A stretch of DNA of 64,000 nt, taken from positions 186,001-250,000 of the forward strand of contig CM035350.1 in NCBI GenBank assembly GCA_020137815.1, written 5' to 3'. This DNA comes from Hormiphora californensis (lineage: Eukaryota > Animalia > Ctenophora). Below, piece by piece: positions 13,301-27,500 of this stretch; positions within the stretch are counted from its first letter, which is position 1, and each line of letters opens with the position of its first letter. The notes under the pieces were generated by a model, which saw only the letters and a list, made by a program, of their open reading frames with translations, ran no database searches and was not told where the DNA came from. The translations under genes and the position numbers were made by a program.

Positions 13301-16300
13301 GATGTCCCTTTTTTGTTTAAAATTTGGGCGGACAAAATCCAAAAAAAAAACGGTTGGCCCTTGGGTCGTAATTCCCGATAGCCCTACATATTGTGGTGGT
13401 AAACAAAAGCCCCTAATGCTGTCCCTGGTAGCATTGCATTGTTTTTTTTAAACTGCATATTATATTTTTGCCAAAAGGGTCATACTGGAAAGAGCATGCT
13501 GAAGAGAACATCAAACCCTTTTCCTGTTTTTTTGGAGGGGGTGATCCCGTTTGGAAACTTTAAAGAACACACCTTTACCCCCTTTTTTGGAGGGGGGGGA
13601 TACTGTTTGGGTCTTGAAAAAGGGAAAACCCCCCTTTACCCGTTGTTAGGAGGGGGTATAAATGTTTTGGAAACCGGGGGAGAACCCCACCTTTTTCCCC
13701 TTTTTTTAGGAGGGGGGGATAATGTTGGGGTCTTGAAGAGAACACACCTTTACCTGTTGTTTGGGGGGGGTGATCCCGTTGGATCTTGAAAAAACCCACC
13801 TTTTCCTTTGTTAGGAAAGGGGGGGATAAATGTTTTGGGTCTTGAAAGAACACAACCCTTTAAACCCGTTGTTAGGGGGTGGGGTAAATGTTTGGGTCTT
13901 TTAAGAAAAAACACCTTTACCTGTTTTTTAGGAGGGGGTGATAAATGTTTTACTTGGGAAAAAACACACCTTTAAAACCCGTTTTTAGGAGGGGGTGAAC
14001 TGTTGGTCTTGAAGGGGAAACACACCCCCTTTTCCTGTTTTTTAGGGGGGAGTGGATACTTTTTGGATTTGAAAGAACACACCTTTACCCGTTTGGGTTG
14101 GGAGGGGGGGAATACTGTTGGATCCTTTAAGAGAAAACACTTTAAACCCGGTTTTTGGAGGGGGTGATACTGTTGGTCTTGAAAAGAACCCCCTTTACCC
14201 GTTGTTGGGGGGGTTATCTGTTGGATCCCTTTAAAGAACACACCCCCCCTTTAAAACCGTTGGTTTTGGAGGGGGGATACCTTTTGGATCTTGAAGAAAC
14301 ACCCACCTTTACCTTTTTTTAGAGGGGGGGATATTGTTGGCTTGAAGGGGAAAACACCTTTCCCCGTTGTTAGGAGGGGGTGATACTGTTTGGGTCTTGA
14401 AGAGAACCCCCTTTACCTGTTGTTAGGAGGGGGTTTATACTTTTTGGATCTTGAAAAGGGAAAAAACCTTTACCTGTTGTTAGGGGGGGGTATACTGTTT
14501 GGGTCTTGAAAGAAACCCCCCTTTTCCCGTTTTTAGGAGGGGGGGGTCTGTTTTTATCTTGAGAGAACCCACCTTTTCCCCGTTGTTAGGAGGGGGGGAT
14601 ACTGTTGGATCTTTGGGAAAAAAACACACCTTTACCCCTTTTTTTAGGGGGGGGTGATTGTTTTGGGTCTTGGGAAAGAAAACACCCTTTTTCCTTTTTT
14701 AGGGGGGGGGGATACGTTGGATCTTGAAGAAAAAAACACCTTTTTCCTGTTGTTTGGAGGGGGGAACCCGGTTTGGGTCTTGAAAAAAACACACCTTTTC
14801 CGTTGTTGGGGGGGGGTGATACTGTTTGGGTTTTTTGAAGAGAAAACACCTTTTCCCCGTTGTTTTGGGATTTATACTGTTGGATCTTGAAAGGGAAAAA
14901 CACCTTTACCCGTTGTTGGAGGGGTTATAAATGTTGGATCTTAAAAAAAACACCCCCTTTACCTGTTTTTTAGGAGGGGTGATACTGGGTTTATCTTGAA
15001 GAGACCACACCTTTTCCCTTTTGTTAGGGGGGTGTTTCTGTTTGAAACTTTCCCATGCGAAACCTTTCAACCCGGGGAAAAAATTTTGTTTTTTAGATGG
15101 AAACTAGAAAAAACTTTTTTTGAAAAAAAAATAAAAAGCCTGTCATTAGATTGTTTAAAAAAAATCTAAAAAATTAAAACTAAAATTGTTTACTACTAAC
15201 ATTTGTTGAAAATTCCCTTTTCTGAAATTTTCTCATTTCTCCACATAAAAATAGGGGTTTTCACTACTGCACATGTTCGGCATGACTATGAAGCCCGTTT
15301 TTTCCCGATACTCCTGGAAAAATCACTGTCCCCACATGATATTTTTAAATTTAACCCTTGTATTCAAAATTTTAAAAAACTACTTCAAAAAGAATTTAAC
15401 TGTCCCGCTGAGGGGTCCCTTTAAATTTTTATCAAAACATTGGGTTATAGATTGGACTTGGGGCCCCCTTCCGCTATTTAAACCCCTTAATTTTTTTTTG
15501 AACAGAAAATTTTTTCAACACCGATAAGAGTCCTGTTTTACCCCTTTCTACACCAGGAACGTGCGGGGGTTTTTAAATTCTCGGGGGTTTCCTCCGGGGA
15601 ACGGTGCCCTAATACCATGCCCAAACCCCCCATACCCCGGGGTAAGACCAAACCATCACCAGAAAATAGCTCCTCCCTTTCCCTGGGAGCGTCCCGGGAT
15701 ATGAACCCTTTTCACCAGTGGCTCAGGCGGCCCCTCCAGGGGGACCCGCCCAGGATTCTGGATTACAACAAAAACCCCCAGGTATCAACTTCCCGCTTCC
15801 CCCTGAGGGGTCAGGGGTGGGCACTCACAAAAACCTTACTTCCCGGTCCCCTTTCTTGACCACTCACCCCCCCTCCGAAACTCACCCTAATCCCCCTTTT
15901 CCAAAATTTTTTTTCATGTACCAATCGCTCCCTGATAGGCCCTTTAGACCCCCAAATCCAGGAAACTCGCATGCTCCTTCCATAACCCCCCCCCTCCATT
16001 AGAAACACAAACCTACAACTTTTACAAAAAATACCAAGGGAAATGAACCTTTCTAAGACTCGTGGGGCTTGGTCCCATACTTTTCCTACCTCCCCTCCCC
16101 TCTAACCCCTAAACTTTTTCTATCTCTCTTTTTTCTCCCCATCTCTTTTTTCCTCTACTCTTTCTCTCAGTGTCTCTTCCCCTCTCCTCTTTCCCCTCTC
16201 TATCTTTCCCCCTCTTTTATCTCACCCTCCCCCTCTTTTCTCTTTGCTCTCTGTTTTCTCTCTCCTCTCTTTTCCCCCTCTCTCTCCCTTCTCCCCTCTC

Positions 16301-18865
16301 CTTTTTTTTTTACAAATTACATTTCTTTTTCCCCCCCGCATTGACAGACAAGTAAAAAAACTCCCATCACCATATCAAATTAAAATAAATTGGGAAAAAT
16401 TTTCCCCCAGACCGCGGGCGCCCAGAAAAAAATCTTATGTCGGGGGGCTGATATCCCTTTTTATGGGGTTTTTGGTACAATTTTTCTCCAGCCAAACCCC
16501 CCCGCTGCCCCACGCACCCAAAAACCAAAATTTTTTTTTCTTTATGCAAATTTTTGTCACTCTCTTTTAAGAAAACCCCTACCCCAAACATATCTTTTAG
16601 TTTTGGGTTGGGCTAGAACCTGCCCTAAAAAATAGGTCAAACCCGGACAAGGTGAATAAATTTTTTTACTTTTCGACCTTGAAAAACAATTTTTCCCCCC
16701 ACTTGCGATTTAAATGGTTCCATGTGTTATGAAAAACAATCGAAAACAATAATCTAAAAATTTTTTTAACTCATTTAGTAGCTTCCATAATGGTATCCTC
16801 AAGATAAAAAAACAATAAATAATTTAGCTGTGACAGTTTAAAACACACCCGCCAAAGGGAGTGGTTGACCATGTATAATATAAAAAGGCACAAAGCTTTT
16901 CTAATCAGGGTTTTTTAAGACGAACCCAAAGGGAATTTAAAAGTAAAGGGGTCTAAGCAGGGAAAACAAACCGTGGGGAAAAAGGGTTTTTCCGGTCATA
17001 TCTGAATCCATTTGACCGTTGTTTTTTGGGTTTTAAGTGGGCCCAAAAATTTTGGGTTTTACCGTTAATGCTACCCCTAGCACTTTTCAAATTTTTTATA
17101 AAAAATGTACCCTCGTTTTTTGGGTTTTTAGTTTTCAAATTCCCGGCTAAAAAAAACAGGGAAAAAGGTGTGGGCCCGAAACCCCCTGTACCCCTTTTAA
17201 GGGGGGCGGCTTCAAAAAAAAAGGTGGCTACTGGCTTTCTCCAAACCCTGGGTCGTGGCTTGGACCACTTTTTTTCCCCTGAGAAACCTTTTTTCACCCG
17301 GGTTTCTTTTCCCTTTTGGGATAAATTTGGGTTATTTGTATAATATAAAATTGTAAAATATATTAGTACTTTTTCCCCTTTTACCAAAATAATTTAAATT
17401 TTGTAGGGCCGAAAAGGTTTTCCCTATTTTTAGAGCTTTAAACCCTTTTCCAATTTTTAAAATTTAGCTTCCAGGCCCCAAGGGGATGCTCTACCACAGT
17501 TCTCGCCCCCTTTTAGAGAAAAGAGAATAAAGGGGCAGGAAATGCTCTTTACCAGAATTCGGGGAACATATAGGGTACAAATACTTCGTTAGGGTTTTAA
17601 GTGGTTCTATCTCGTCTAAAAGGGTAATGCTTTTTAAAAATAGCTCAAATAATAAGCTCAAAAAATTTAAAGGGAACTTTCCGGTTTTACAATTTCAATT
17701 AGTTTTTTTGGGGGAAAATTGGGGACATTTTTTGGGGCACTATATTCATCCAGAATGTTTAGAACTGGTTTTTAGAGAGGTTTAAACGCGGAACCCATAA
17801 AATTCTAAATTTTTTTCTCATAACACACCCACGACGGGCCCTTTTTGATGGGTAAAATCATCGGATTATCTAGAAAAAGATAAAGACCCCGTTTGGGGGG
17901 GCCCATTGGGGAGTTAAAAAACACTACCTCCGGGAAAGGGTTTTTTGGGGGCTTGAGGCCCATTGAGACAAAATTTAGGCCCATTTTAGGACCCATTGAG
18001 GGCACATTTTAGGGCCATATTGGGAACATTAGGACCATTTGGGGCACATTGAGGACACATTGAGCCCCAATGGGGTCCTCAAATTTCCGGGTAAATATGT
18101 TATACTAAACCCAAAATTGGAAAGAGAAATTTTAACCCCTTATGGCGGAAAATGCAAAATCCTTTTTTTCTATTTTTACATAGACATAACACTTTTTTTG
18201 GTTTTAAACGCGGGGGGGGAGGGTTTTAACAAAGGGAAAAACTTTTGACCCGATTTTCGACCGAGTTTTTTTAAAATTTTCAAAGTTTAGACAATTATCT
18301 TTTCATGTGGATACAACTTTCCCTTTTTTATTAGAAAACTGCTTTCAGGGTGTTAAAATTTAGCCTAAAAGGGAAAAAAAATTTGGTCAGAGTATAAAAA
18401 ATTTCGACGTTGTGTACTGTGTGGACGTTGCTGGGACAATACTAAAAATGGAAAACCTCAACCCGCGCTATATACATATATCCCCCTTTAAATCCGGGTT
18501 TTCAACCAAAAACCCATAAAAAGTATAAAAATGCGTTTTTTTGGCAGCTTTTGGGGATGGGGAACCATTTTCCCCTTGCCAGCGCAATAAAAATGTTAAT
18601 TCTTCAAGAAGTAAATTGAAAAATCCCTTTTTTCTCACAAAACACTTAAAAAAAGTTGAAAACTTTTTGTTGAAACCAATTTTCGATTTTTTATAATAAG
18701 GTTTTTGGGTTTCCCCTCTTTTCCCTTTACATTTAGTGAACCCAAAAAAGTCCTTTTTCCCCCAGACTTACATGTGGGTTTTACCCGCCCACACTTGTAC
18801 AAAAGTAGATAGAGTGAGAGAAGAGGGGAAAGAAAAGAGAGAGAGAGAGAGAGAAGGAGAGAGAG

Positions 18866-18897
<32 letters not shown>

Positions 18898-20180
18898 AGA
18901 AGGAGAGAGAAGAGAGAGAGAGGGAAAAAGAGAAGAGATAAAGGGGGGGAGGGAGTATGTTTTGAGGGGTTTGAAGAGTCCCCCCCCCAGTTTTGGTTTT
19001 TCCCCCCCTCCTCCTCTGTTTTAAACCCGTGTGCAAAACCTACTTTTGGGGCTAGGCATACCCGGGTGGGGAAAACCAAAAAAACCCCCCCCTACCTTTT
19101 TTAACTATATTGGGGTTTTGGGAAAACTGAACGCTGGTTACATAAACATTGTTGGTAAAAAATAAAATCCTCCCGCTCCCGTCCTCCCCCCGCAGCTGAC
19201 CGGGGGGGGTTTCGATTATTGGGATTTCGTTTAGGGGCCGGGATGGCCTGAGAGAGAGAAAGAAAACCCTCCCCAGGGTCACCTTTCTCCCTTTGGGTAT
19301 ATCGAATTTTTTTAAATTGGGCCCCAAAACATTTGAGGCATGTTTATGTTGTTTGAAACCAGGTGACCTCACTGTTTGGGTGGTAGGGGAATATCTGACC
19401 CGGGGGGGGGGGGGGACTCTCACCTTGTGGCTGTGAGGGGTAGAAATTTTTTAGCAGTATTATTCCACTCTTCCACCGAGCCTACTAGTAGGGTAAAAAC
19501 CCCCCCTGGGAGGCGGTGTGTGGGTTGGGTTCTAGAAAAAACTCTCGTGTCTGGGTGTTTTTGCTTGCAAAACCAAACCCGCTTTCCCCCGTATCGTCCA
19601 TGGTCCGGGGTATCTTTTACCTTGCTATCACTGATGTACCAAACCCCGTCTCTCCTAGCAGGGGTTAACGGTTAAAAAAAATGCTAAAAGAAACTATTGA
19701 GCCCCTTTTGGCAAGGGCCCTTAGGGGGGGAAAAATGTAACATGTTTAAAGGGCTTTTTTATATGGGGGGGGGACCCCCTTTTTACTTTTTTAATGCGGG
19801 GGGGGGGGACCTGTTTTTGGAAATCATCCCCGTCTGGGAGACAATTCGGAAAATTTTGGTAAAATCCTGTTCCTTCATTCCCCAAAGAGTCCCCAGTATG
19901 GCAGGGTCACCCCTGAGACCTTTAGGGAAACCCGGGATTTACAAAGGGCGCCATTTCAAAAAATTTTAAAAAGTTTTAGTTGATGGTAGAGATCTCAGGG
20001 AAAACTTCCCAATTTTTATTCCCTCCTGTAAAAGTTTAAAATTGTTTAGTTAAATCGAAAATTTTCCCTTTTTAATTTCATGTTTATTGTTTTTTCTTTA
20101 AACAAATGATATCAAACATAACCCTTCATTAGCTCATCGGGCCGTAAAAAGGGATGTTTCAACATTTTTAAGGTTCCCCC
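10330..20180. other. Low-accuracy assembly segment; 15122-20180 is a degraded allelic copy of 1-5930
   Basis: Colinear with the window start (TSP1 gene, MITEs, AG repeat, ADPGK exons) but saturated with homopolymer expansions. It returns abruptly to near identity at ~20180. Confidence 0.9.
13520..15045. repeat. ~52-bp tandem array (degraded by sequence error)
   Basis: Recurrent unit close to TTAGGAGGGGGTGATACTGTTGGATCTTGAAGAGAACACACCTTTACCTGTTG. Confidence 0.85.
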
Positions 20181-20292
20181 AAACACGAACAAATCGGGCT
20201 GAAACTGGCTAATTGCATCTTTCACGGCATCAAGGCCCTTCAAGCTTGGGTTGTGGACATCACGATGTAGAATGTACCTTGAAAAAGAGAGA

Positions 20293-20345
<53 letters not shown>

Positions 20346-21534
20346 GGGGGGTTGGGCAGGGATCAGAAGTTTTGTTACCTGTTGGCCCTATCAGATGTGT
20401 AAGGTCCCCAACTTTCACCTTTTTCAAATTCCATGATGATGTGAAGGTCAAAAGACTCAGCTTCAGTATCTACTGTTTCCCCGTGTAGTTTAACCTCAGG
20501 ATCTATCCTATCTCTATATATCTACAAAAGTTAAGGAATGTTATTGGGATAATAATTAGTGCCTATGTAATTTACATGTTGAGATAATTAACACGATCGC
20601 GGTGTCGGGTTGCGCGCGCAAGATCATGTTTAGAATGGAAGTGTGCGCGTTGCATTGCTGACAACTCCAAGTTCTCCGAATCATGGCATCGCGCCCTACT
20701 GTATAGTAAGGAATACCTTCTCATTTTGCATCGCTAGTAAAACTTCAGCTCCTTCCATTGCCATTCGCTTTGCAATTACTGGTCCATTGCCTCCTAACTT
20801 TAGCTCAGGACCGAGGCTCAGAGCAGCTTTTCTAATACGGAGAAATAGTTCCTCGCTCTGTACGTATCTCCTGAGAAAGGAAGAAAAGTAAACTAATGAA
20901 TCAAAGATAGATAGGACAAGATAGATCAGGGGTATCTCACTTTTTACTCACTCTGCTGCGGCACCCTCAACAAAGAAAGTGAGGAATTCGTCCACTACGT
21001 CCCCCATAGTGTGCAGAAGAGCAGGGGGTGATCCGATTGAGGGCGGGGGAGAAATCCCTAGTGCATCAAACAGATCAACCGCCCTAACAAAGACATCAAG
21101 GCATCCTCCCACACCTACCAATACCCGTTTCTGAGGAGAGAAAACATTGAATATACTTTAATATTTTATAGTGCAACTATAAAAACTTAACATTTTTGGA
21201 AAACTTACATTTTTCGGAATTGCTATGTCCTCCTCGATGTTTATCAAGCCTGACTTAATGGCATTCACTCTCCAATGCCTCTGGTAGGTCGTATATAACA
21301 GAAACTGATAAAGTAAAACATTGAAGATTAGATGTTTAAGCTGTTGTAGTGTTAACATATAAGTGATACAGCCTGGTAAGTGGTAGACTAACTTACTCCT
21401 ATAATCGCGATACTAAGGCTGAGGAAGAAAATAGCGCTGTATCTCATTCCGGTGTTGGTGATTTTCCTTTTTCTGTCTGGTTCGGTAGAGGAAGGAGAGG
21501 TGTCCACCCCCTGCCTCCGCCTAGTGAGGACCAT
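18960..21534 (-). CDS. ADPGK: ADP-dependent glucokinase, haplotype B (5' exons accurate, 3' exons in the degraded zone)
   Basis: ATG at 21534: MVLTRRR..MRYSAIFFLSLSIAIIG|FLLYTTY..|KRVLVGVGGCLDVFV..FVEGAAAE|RYV..LGGNGPVIAKRMA..|..DLHIIMEFEKGESWG..ANR|YILHRD. N-terminal membrane anchor as in metazoan ADPGK. Confidence 0.9.
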
Positions 21535-21718
21535 CTCCCACTATATCAGATAGTAAGTGGTTAAAATTCCGCTTACATACAGTGGTTCGTAAAGGAAGAT
21601 AAATATGTAATGGTATAACAATTTACTCGTTAAAATTTACACACACACAAAAAGGTAACTAACAAGCTAAAGATGATCGAATGCATCCAATTTCAGTGTC
21701 GTTATTATATCGCCCGTA

Positions 21719-24461
21719 TCAATAACAGTTTGTACCTTGATATTGGCGTATCATTCGGTACTTTTCACGAGCACTTGCTGCATGAAGCCACCTGGCGTGC
21801 ACAAAGTATTCGTGGTGACTTGTTGCAACGTGACACGCCAGTCTATACTTTGTATGGAAGGTTCGGCCGCAGGCGTACAGTTTGCAAATATAGGATTTCG
21901 GTTTGTGGAGTAGGCTGTGTGTGTTAAGGGTTGATTTCCGGGAGAATCGTTTTCCACACTCCTTACAGACAAATGCTCTGATTCGAGTGTGCCTGTATGT
22001 CTGATGAAACTCCAAGCTCTTCTTCATCTGATGAGGGAGTTGTGTGTTTTAACACTGGAGGGAGTTGTGTGTTTTAACACTGGAGGGAGTTGTGTGTTTT
22101 AACACTGGAGGGAGTTGTGTGTTTTAACACTGGAGGGAGTTGTGTGTTTTAACACTGGAGGGAGTTGTGTGTTTAACACTGGAGGGAGTTGTGTGTTTTA
22201 ACACTGGAGGGAGTTGTGTGTTTTAACACTGGAGGGAGTTGTGTGTTTTAACACTGGAGGGAGTTGTGTGTTTTAACACTGTGGGGGAGTTGTGTGTTTT
22301 AACACTGGAGGGAGTTGTGTGTTTTAACACTGGAGGGAGTTGTGTGTTTTAACACTGGAGGGAGTTGTGTGTTTTAACACTGGAGGGAGTTGTGTGTTTT
22401 AACACTGGAGGGAGTTGTGTGTTTTAACACTGGAGGGAGTTGTGTGTTTTAACACTGGAGGGAGTTGTGTGTTTTAACACTGGAGGGAGTTGTGTGTTTA
22501 ACACTGGAGGGAGTTGTGTGTTTAACACTGGAGGGAGTTGTGTGTTTTAACACTGGAGGGAGTTGTGTGTTTTAACACTGGAGGGAGTTGTGTGTTTTAA
22601 CACTGTGGGGGAGTTGTGTGTTTTAACACTGGAGGGAGTTGTGTGTTTTAACACTGTGGGGGAGTTGTGTGTTTTAACACTGGAGGGAGTTGTGTGTTTT
22701 AACACTGGAGGGAGTTGTGTGTTTTAACACTGGAGGGAGTTGTGTGTTTTAACACTGGAGGGAGTTGTGTGTTTTAACACTGGAGGGAGTTGTGTGTTTT
22801 AACACTGGAGGGAGTTGTGTGTTTAACACTGGAGGGAGTTGTGTGTTTAACACTGGAGGGAGTTGTGTGTTTTAACACTGGAGGGAGTTGTGTGTTTTAA
22901 CACTGGAGGGAGTTGTGTGTTTTAACACTGGAGGGAGTTGTGTGTTTTAACACTGGAGGGAGTTGTGTGTTTTAACACTGGAGGGAGTTGTGTGTTTTAA
23001 CACTGGAGGGAGTTGTGTGTTTTAACACTGGAGGGAGTTGTGTGTTTTAACACTGGAGGGAGTTGTGTGTTTTAACACTGGAGGGAGTTGTGTGTTTTAA
23101 CACTGGAGGGAGTTGTGTGTTTAACACTGGAGGGAGTTGTGTGTTTAACACTGGAGGGAGTTGTGTGTTTAACACTGGAGGGAGTTTGTGTTTTAACACT
23201 GGAGGGAGTTGTGTGTTTTAACACTGGAGGGAGTTGTGGAGAAACGGTAACACATTACCTTAATGAGACACACACTTTACGTAGCGTGCGGGTAATAAAG
23301 CACACTTTTCAGCTAGATCAGGTGTAAGTGCGTGGAACCGAGACCCGGACTGTAAAAAAGCCTCGTGCACGATCAATGTACCAAGCCACGCATGAGTATG
23401 ACCGTGCGTGTTCAACACACTTACGGAGCAAATCATCCGAGATCTGCCCCAAAATGCCTCGATGGGTGATGAATCGCCGTGTGCAACGTCGTCATAATGT
23501 CCATGAGCGTGTGCGTGTTACTACAGCGAGTGAAAACCAATTTAGAGACGCATCCTGGGTAACAACCATATATGTTAGACTATAGATTGGTAATTGAGGC
23601 AGGCAATCAAGGGTACGCCAGCCCCGAACCCGGCCTAGTGCCGATAAGGGCTCGCAACGTGCTCACGTTCCAAGCTCCTGCCTGCAACCACCTCCTTATA
23701 GTCTTACTCCAGAAGGAGTATGTCAATTCTGAATTCATATTTCATAGAAAACAAATCAAATAAATGTATAATATGTAAACAAAGACTCATCTCAACTCCT
23801 CATCTCAACTCCTCATCTCCCTAGCCTTATTCCTGCTCTAGTAATTTAACACAACGTTAGGCACGGTAATCGCGAACGTGAAAACAAGCATACTGTAGGT
23901 GGACCGCCACTTGACGGGATAGGAGAGAACGCACTGACTCTCATGTCCAGTCTATTGCCGCATGACGGCTGTCTTACAAGCAATGACAACCTAGCTACTC
24001 TCATGACCTTGTCTCTTCCTGTACAACCCCGGCGCCGCTACTCGGACCTGGGACACTCTAGTCTGTATTGCAAAGCCAAAGAACCCACGTCGCTCACTCA
24101 TTCACGCACAGCCTGGTGCCCAACACCACACACTTCACTCTCAGACCCTCTCTGACACTCATTTACGCACAGCCTGGTGCCCAGCACCACACACTTCTCT
24201 CGGCTCCTTCTCTCAGCCACTGCTCACATCGCCTGACCCCTCGAGGGCCCTCCTCGTATCACTCGATAACCCTCGTACGAGTTTATTAGCCAATAGGGAA
24301 GCTCGCTGGTGGGACGCACCAATAGTATCCCTCCACGAGCTACTTCTATCTAATCTATCGATATCTCCACGGCTCTGGTGACCAGGAAACTGTGTGATAT
24401 ACGATATTGCTAGGTGCTTGCTCACGTGTAGCCGGCCACGTTCTAGTGCTACTCTACTCCG

Positions 24462-24529
<68 letters not shown>

Positions 24530-27500
24530 GCCGACTCTACTTCTTTTATTACCGGTGTATAATTACCCACACGGTTGACATATAATAATCATGAATACAA
24601 CGGGTGGGAGGTACTTGTAGGGATGTAAATTACAATGATTTTCAGCCCTACATTCCCACCCCTCCCGAAAGCCAAAAGTCCTTGCTCAACTCAGACCTCG
24701 AGTGAACTCGCCAGAGAATCCAATACTGATTTCGGTGGGTAGATGTTAGACGGAACCTTTGTGGTGGTGAACCCAGTGCTAGCATGTGGTGGGGGGGGTA
24801 CGGAGGCCGTGTTAGAAACCCTCGCCCGAATCCGTCCGTAGGTTTGCAAGGAGTACTTATGTGCGCCTCCGTATCTATTGCATGTGCCTGTGCCTGAGGT
24901 TCTGTCGGTGCGGTCTGTGTATCTGGTGCCAGAGCCCTCAATCCTTGCACTTCAAACTTGTAGCGCCCTAGCCTGGAGTCATAGTGCCCGCCGATGTGAC
25001 CTTTAGGGAAGTTCATTTATAGTTACCCGTATGTATACCTCCAAATCCTCGCCCCTGAGTTTCATGAAGTTCTGCCACCAAGTGAGTTAATAGCAACCAT
25101 CCTGGATTTACACTTTACCTATCCATCTGAAATTGCCTCGCGTGTGTTGGCCCAATCTTCTTTTCTGTGAAATAGAAACTTCAGCCAAAATATGATGTCC
25201 GGAACGAGGAGAGTCTGAAACCAGAAACATTGTAGTATCCCCTGATCATGGCAGTGGTCCATCACTGGATAGGGATAATCGTCCCCTGAAGCAAAGTGGG
25301 AAGCCTGTATAACTGTTGTGAATCCCCTGGTGAAGCTCGTCGTACTGTTAACGAACCCGTTACTCTTTCCAGTCTGAAAGCGCCTGTTGTTTCCTCAAAA
25401 TGTTTCCTAGGATCAGAGTATATTACCAAGGGGGTGACGGCCGTACACCAACCTCAAAATCGTTAAAGAATTTCAGCCAGCAATGATCTATGCTGAGGCC
25501 CGTTTGAGGCCAATCTGGAACAGACGAAATGGGAGACGGAAACATGCCGGAGTGTTCTCCTTTGCCTAGTAATCTGACCGACATCAGCACCACCCACATA
25601 TCCACAAGCACTCAAGGTTTCGTCAGGAATTCCAGTTTCAAAGACAGTGCCAGACACGCCAGAAGTATTTATACCAACACAATCTCCTGATAACATATTT
25701 TATATAGAAAAAGGGTTAACACTGTTGGGGTTACGCACTTCTGTTACACACTGTTTCTGTAACCTTCAAGCCTTAATAATAATAATAATATAAGTTTTCG
25801 TATACCGCCTAGGCAAAACAGGGCCAACAAACTGAATTTTGACTGACACTGCTCAGCGTCAGAGCAGTATACTTAAATTATAACACCTTCCTTACTTATG
25901 ACACACACTATTAAAATCTGGTTTTAAACACACCATATCATGCTCAAAAATTTCTCTTACATATGTGCTCCTCCTTTTCTCGACCTTGGCAAGACCCTCG
26001 TCTCGCCATCCCACCTCTCCCCTGAAGTAGACGCGAGTCGACGTACCAGCCAATTGCTGGTGCAGAGTGATACGTTCACTAACGATTAAATCGAATCCCT
26101 TCGTTATATTAAACAGTCATTATTCTACAACAAAAAAATCATCCTCCATTTCCTCCTCCATTTCCTCCTCCTAGGCACTGTTGGCGTACTTTACCCCTCC
26201 TGAGCACGCCAAACAGTCCTCAAAACCAATTAGCCTCCTATTAATTTCATTCGACTGTGTAGCGTTATTTTCTATGGAAATTTCTGAAGCGTTGTTTCGA
26301 GACAACTACATACTTCTGTATTTGTTTGATGTGCTATTATCACTTGAAAAAGCAAAGGGCTGCTGTGTCTCGTCTCTAGGTACAGCAGAACCCGAGAAGA
26401 GACCCCATATGCCTCATAACAAACGGTGTTCGAACGTATTAGGATTTAACAATTATTTTTCTATTTCGTAATTTACACATGTCTACTTGACTTGTGAAGC
26501 AGTTCAGTGTGTGCCATAAACGATGTGCGGATTGGAGTTGTGGAACGTATCACAAACGCTGAAATGGGCGTTAAAAGTTGTAAAATGATTAATGAAATAA
26601 TGACAATGAAATAATGACAGTGAGGTTAGGGGTAGGTGCCTTCCCAGACCCCCTTACTAAGAACAAAACCGCAATCCCCAACCTCATGTTGTTCTTCCCC
26701 TTGTTGTCCTTCCCACGTGTCATTTGATCCCTCCCTTAAAACTAGTGTGTATAGTGTGTATAGTAGAGTTTAGTAGATCAGTAATATGTGTCAAGCCCTT
26801 TAACGAAAAGATGAAAAATAACTAGACCTGCATGGTAGCGTTGTGGATGGCAGTTTTGTTTCTCCCCTCACCAAAGTTTGTTTTACCTCCTATAGTTTTT
26901 TTTTCGTATTAACAGCATCACAAAACAAGCTGTGGTTTATATAGTACTAAATTAAAAATGAACGCCAACTACGAGTGGTTTACCATGTCTAGAGTTCCTA
27001 TCTAAATTGAGTAACCAAATCTCTCAGGAGATCCTTCGCAAAACCTATCCCAAAGTTAGTGTGAATGAATGCTGAGGGGTGCATACTTACCAATTCTTGG
27101 TGTGTACCTGAATTTTCCTAAACTTTTGTATTGGGGGAGCACGGTTAAAACTTTTATTTCAACGTCATGTGCGAGATCCAGGTTTCTCTAAGTTTTTAAG
27201 TCCCTGATTCTATGGCAAAATCCTAATGCCGTAGTATAAACAAGCGTGGTCCCTAAATGTATACGTAATAAATAGGAGGTTGGGCACGTGAATTTCCCGC
27301 ACACGGGTTATGTTAACCGGTGCCAAGCGTGGTCTAACCCGCATTATGTCCTGGTTGTGTAGCTGTCTACATAATAGAGGTGATTGTCCGGAGTTTCGTA
27401 TTACGGGTCATAATAAAATGGGCTTCCTATGTGCATTGTGCATTACAGCCTTGTAAAAATTGATAAATCACTTCTACATTTCGCTACTTAATTTTTACTT

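Noticed and set aside
10523-19969. Dozens of K/G/F/P-rich ORFs; possible hypermutation or RIP-like process
   Set aside because: The changes are homopolymer expansions typical of unpolished long reads in a duplicate of 1-5930, not a biological mutational signature.
4787-21534. Tandem ADPGK gene duplication
   Set aside because: Copies are separated by a scaffold gap and are near-identical in introns; allelic haplotigs are more parsimonious.
22033-23237. CRISPR-like arrays (also 45654-46152 and 59081-60570)
   Set aside because: No unique spacers, no cas genes, eukaryotic context.
23328-23585. Identical 85-aa ORF repeated at 29609-29866
   Set aside because: It lies within the two LTRs, has a GTG start and no recognisable domain.
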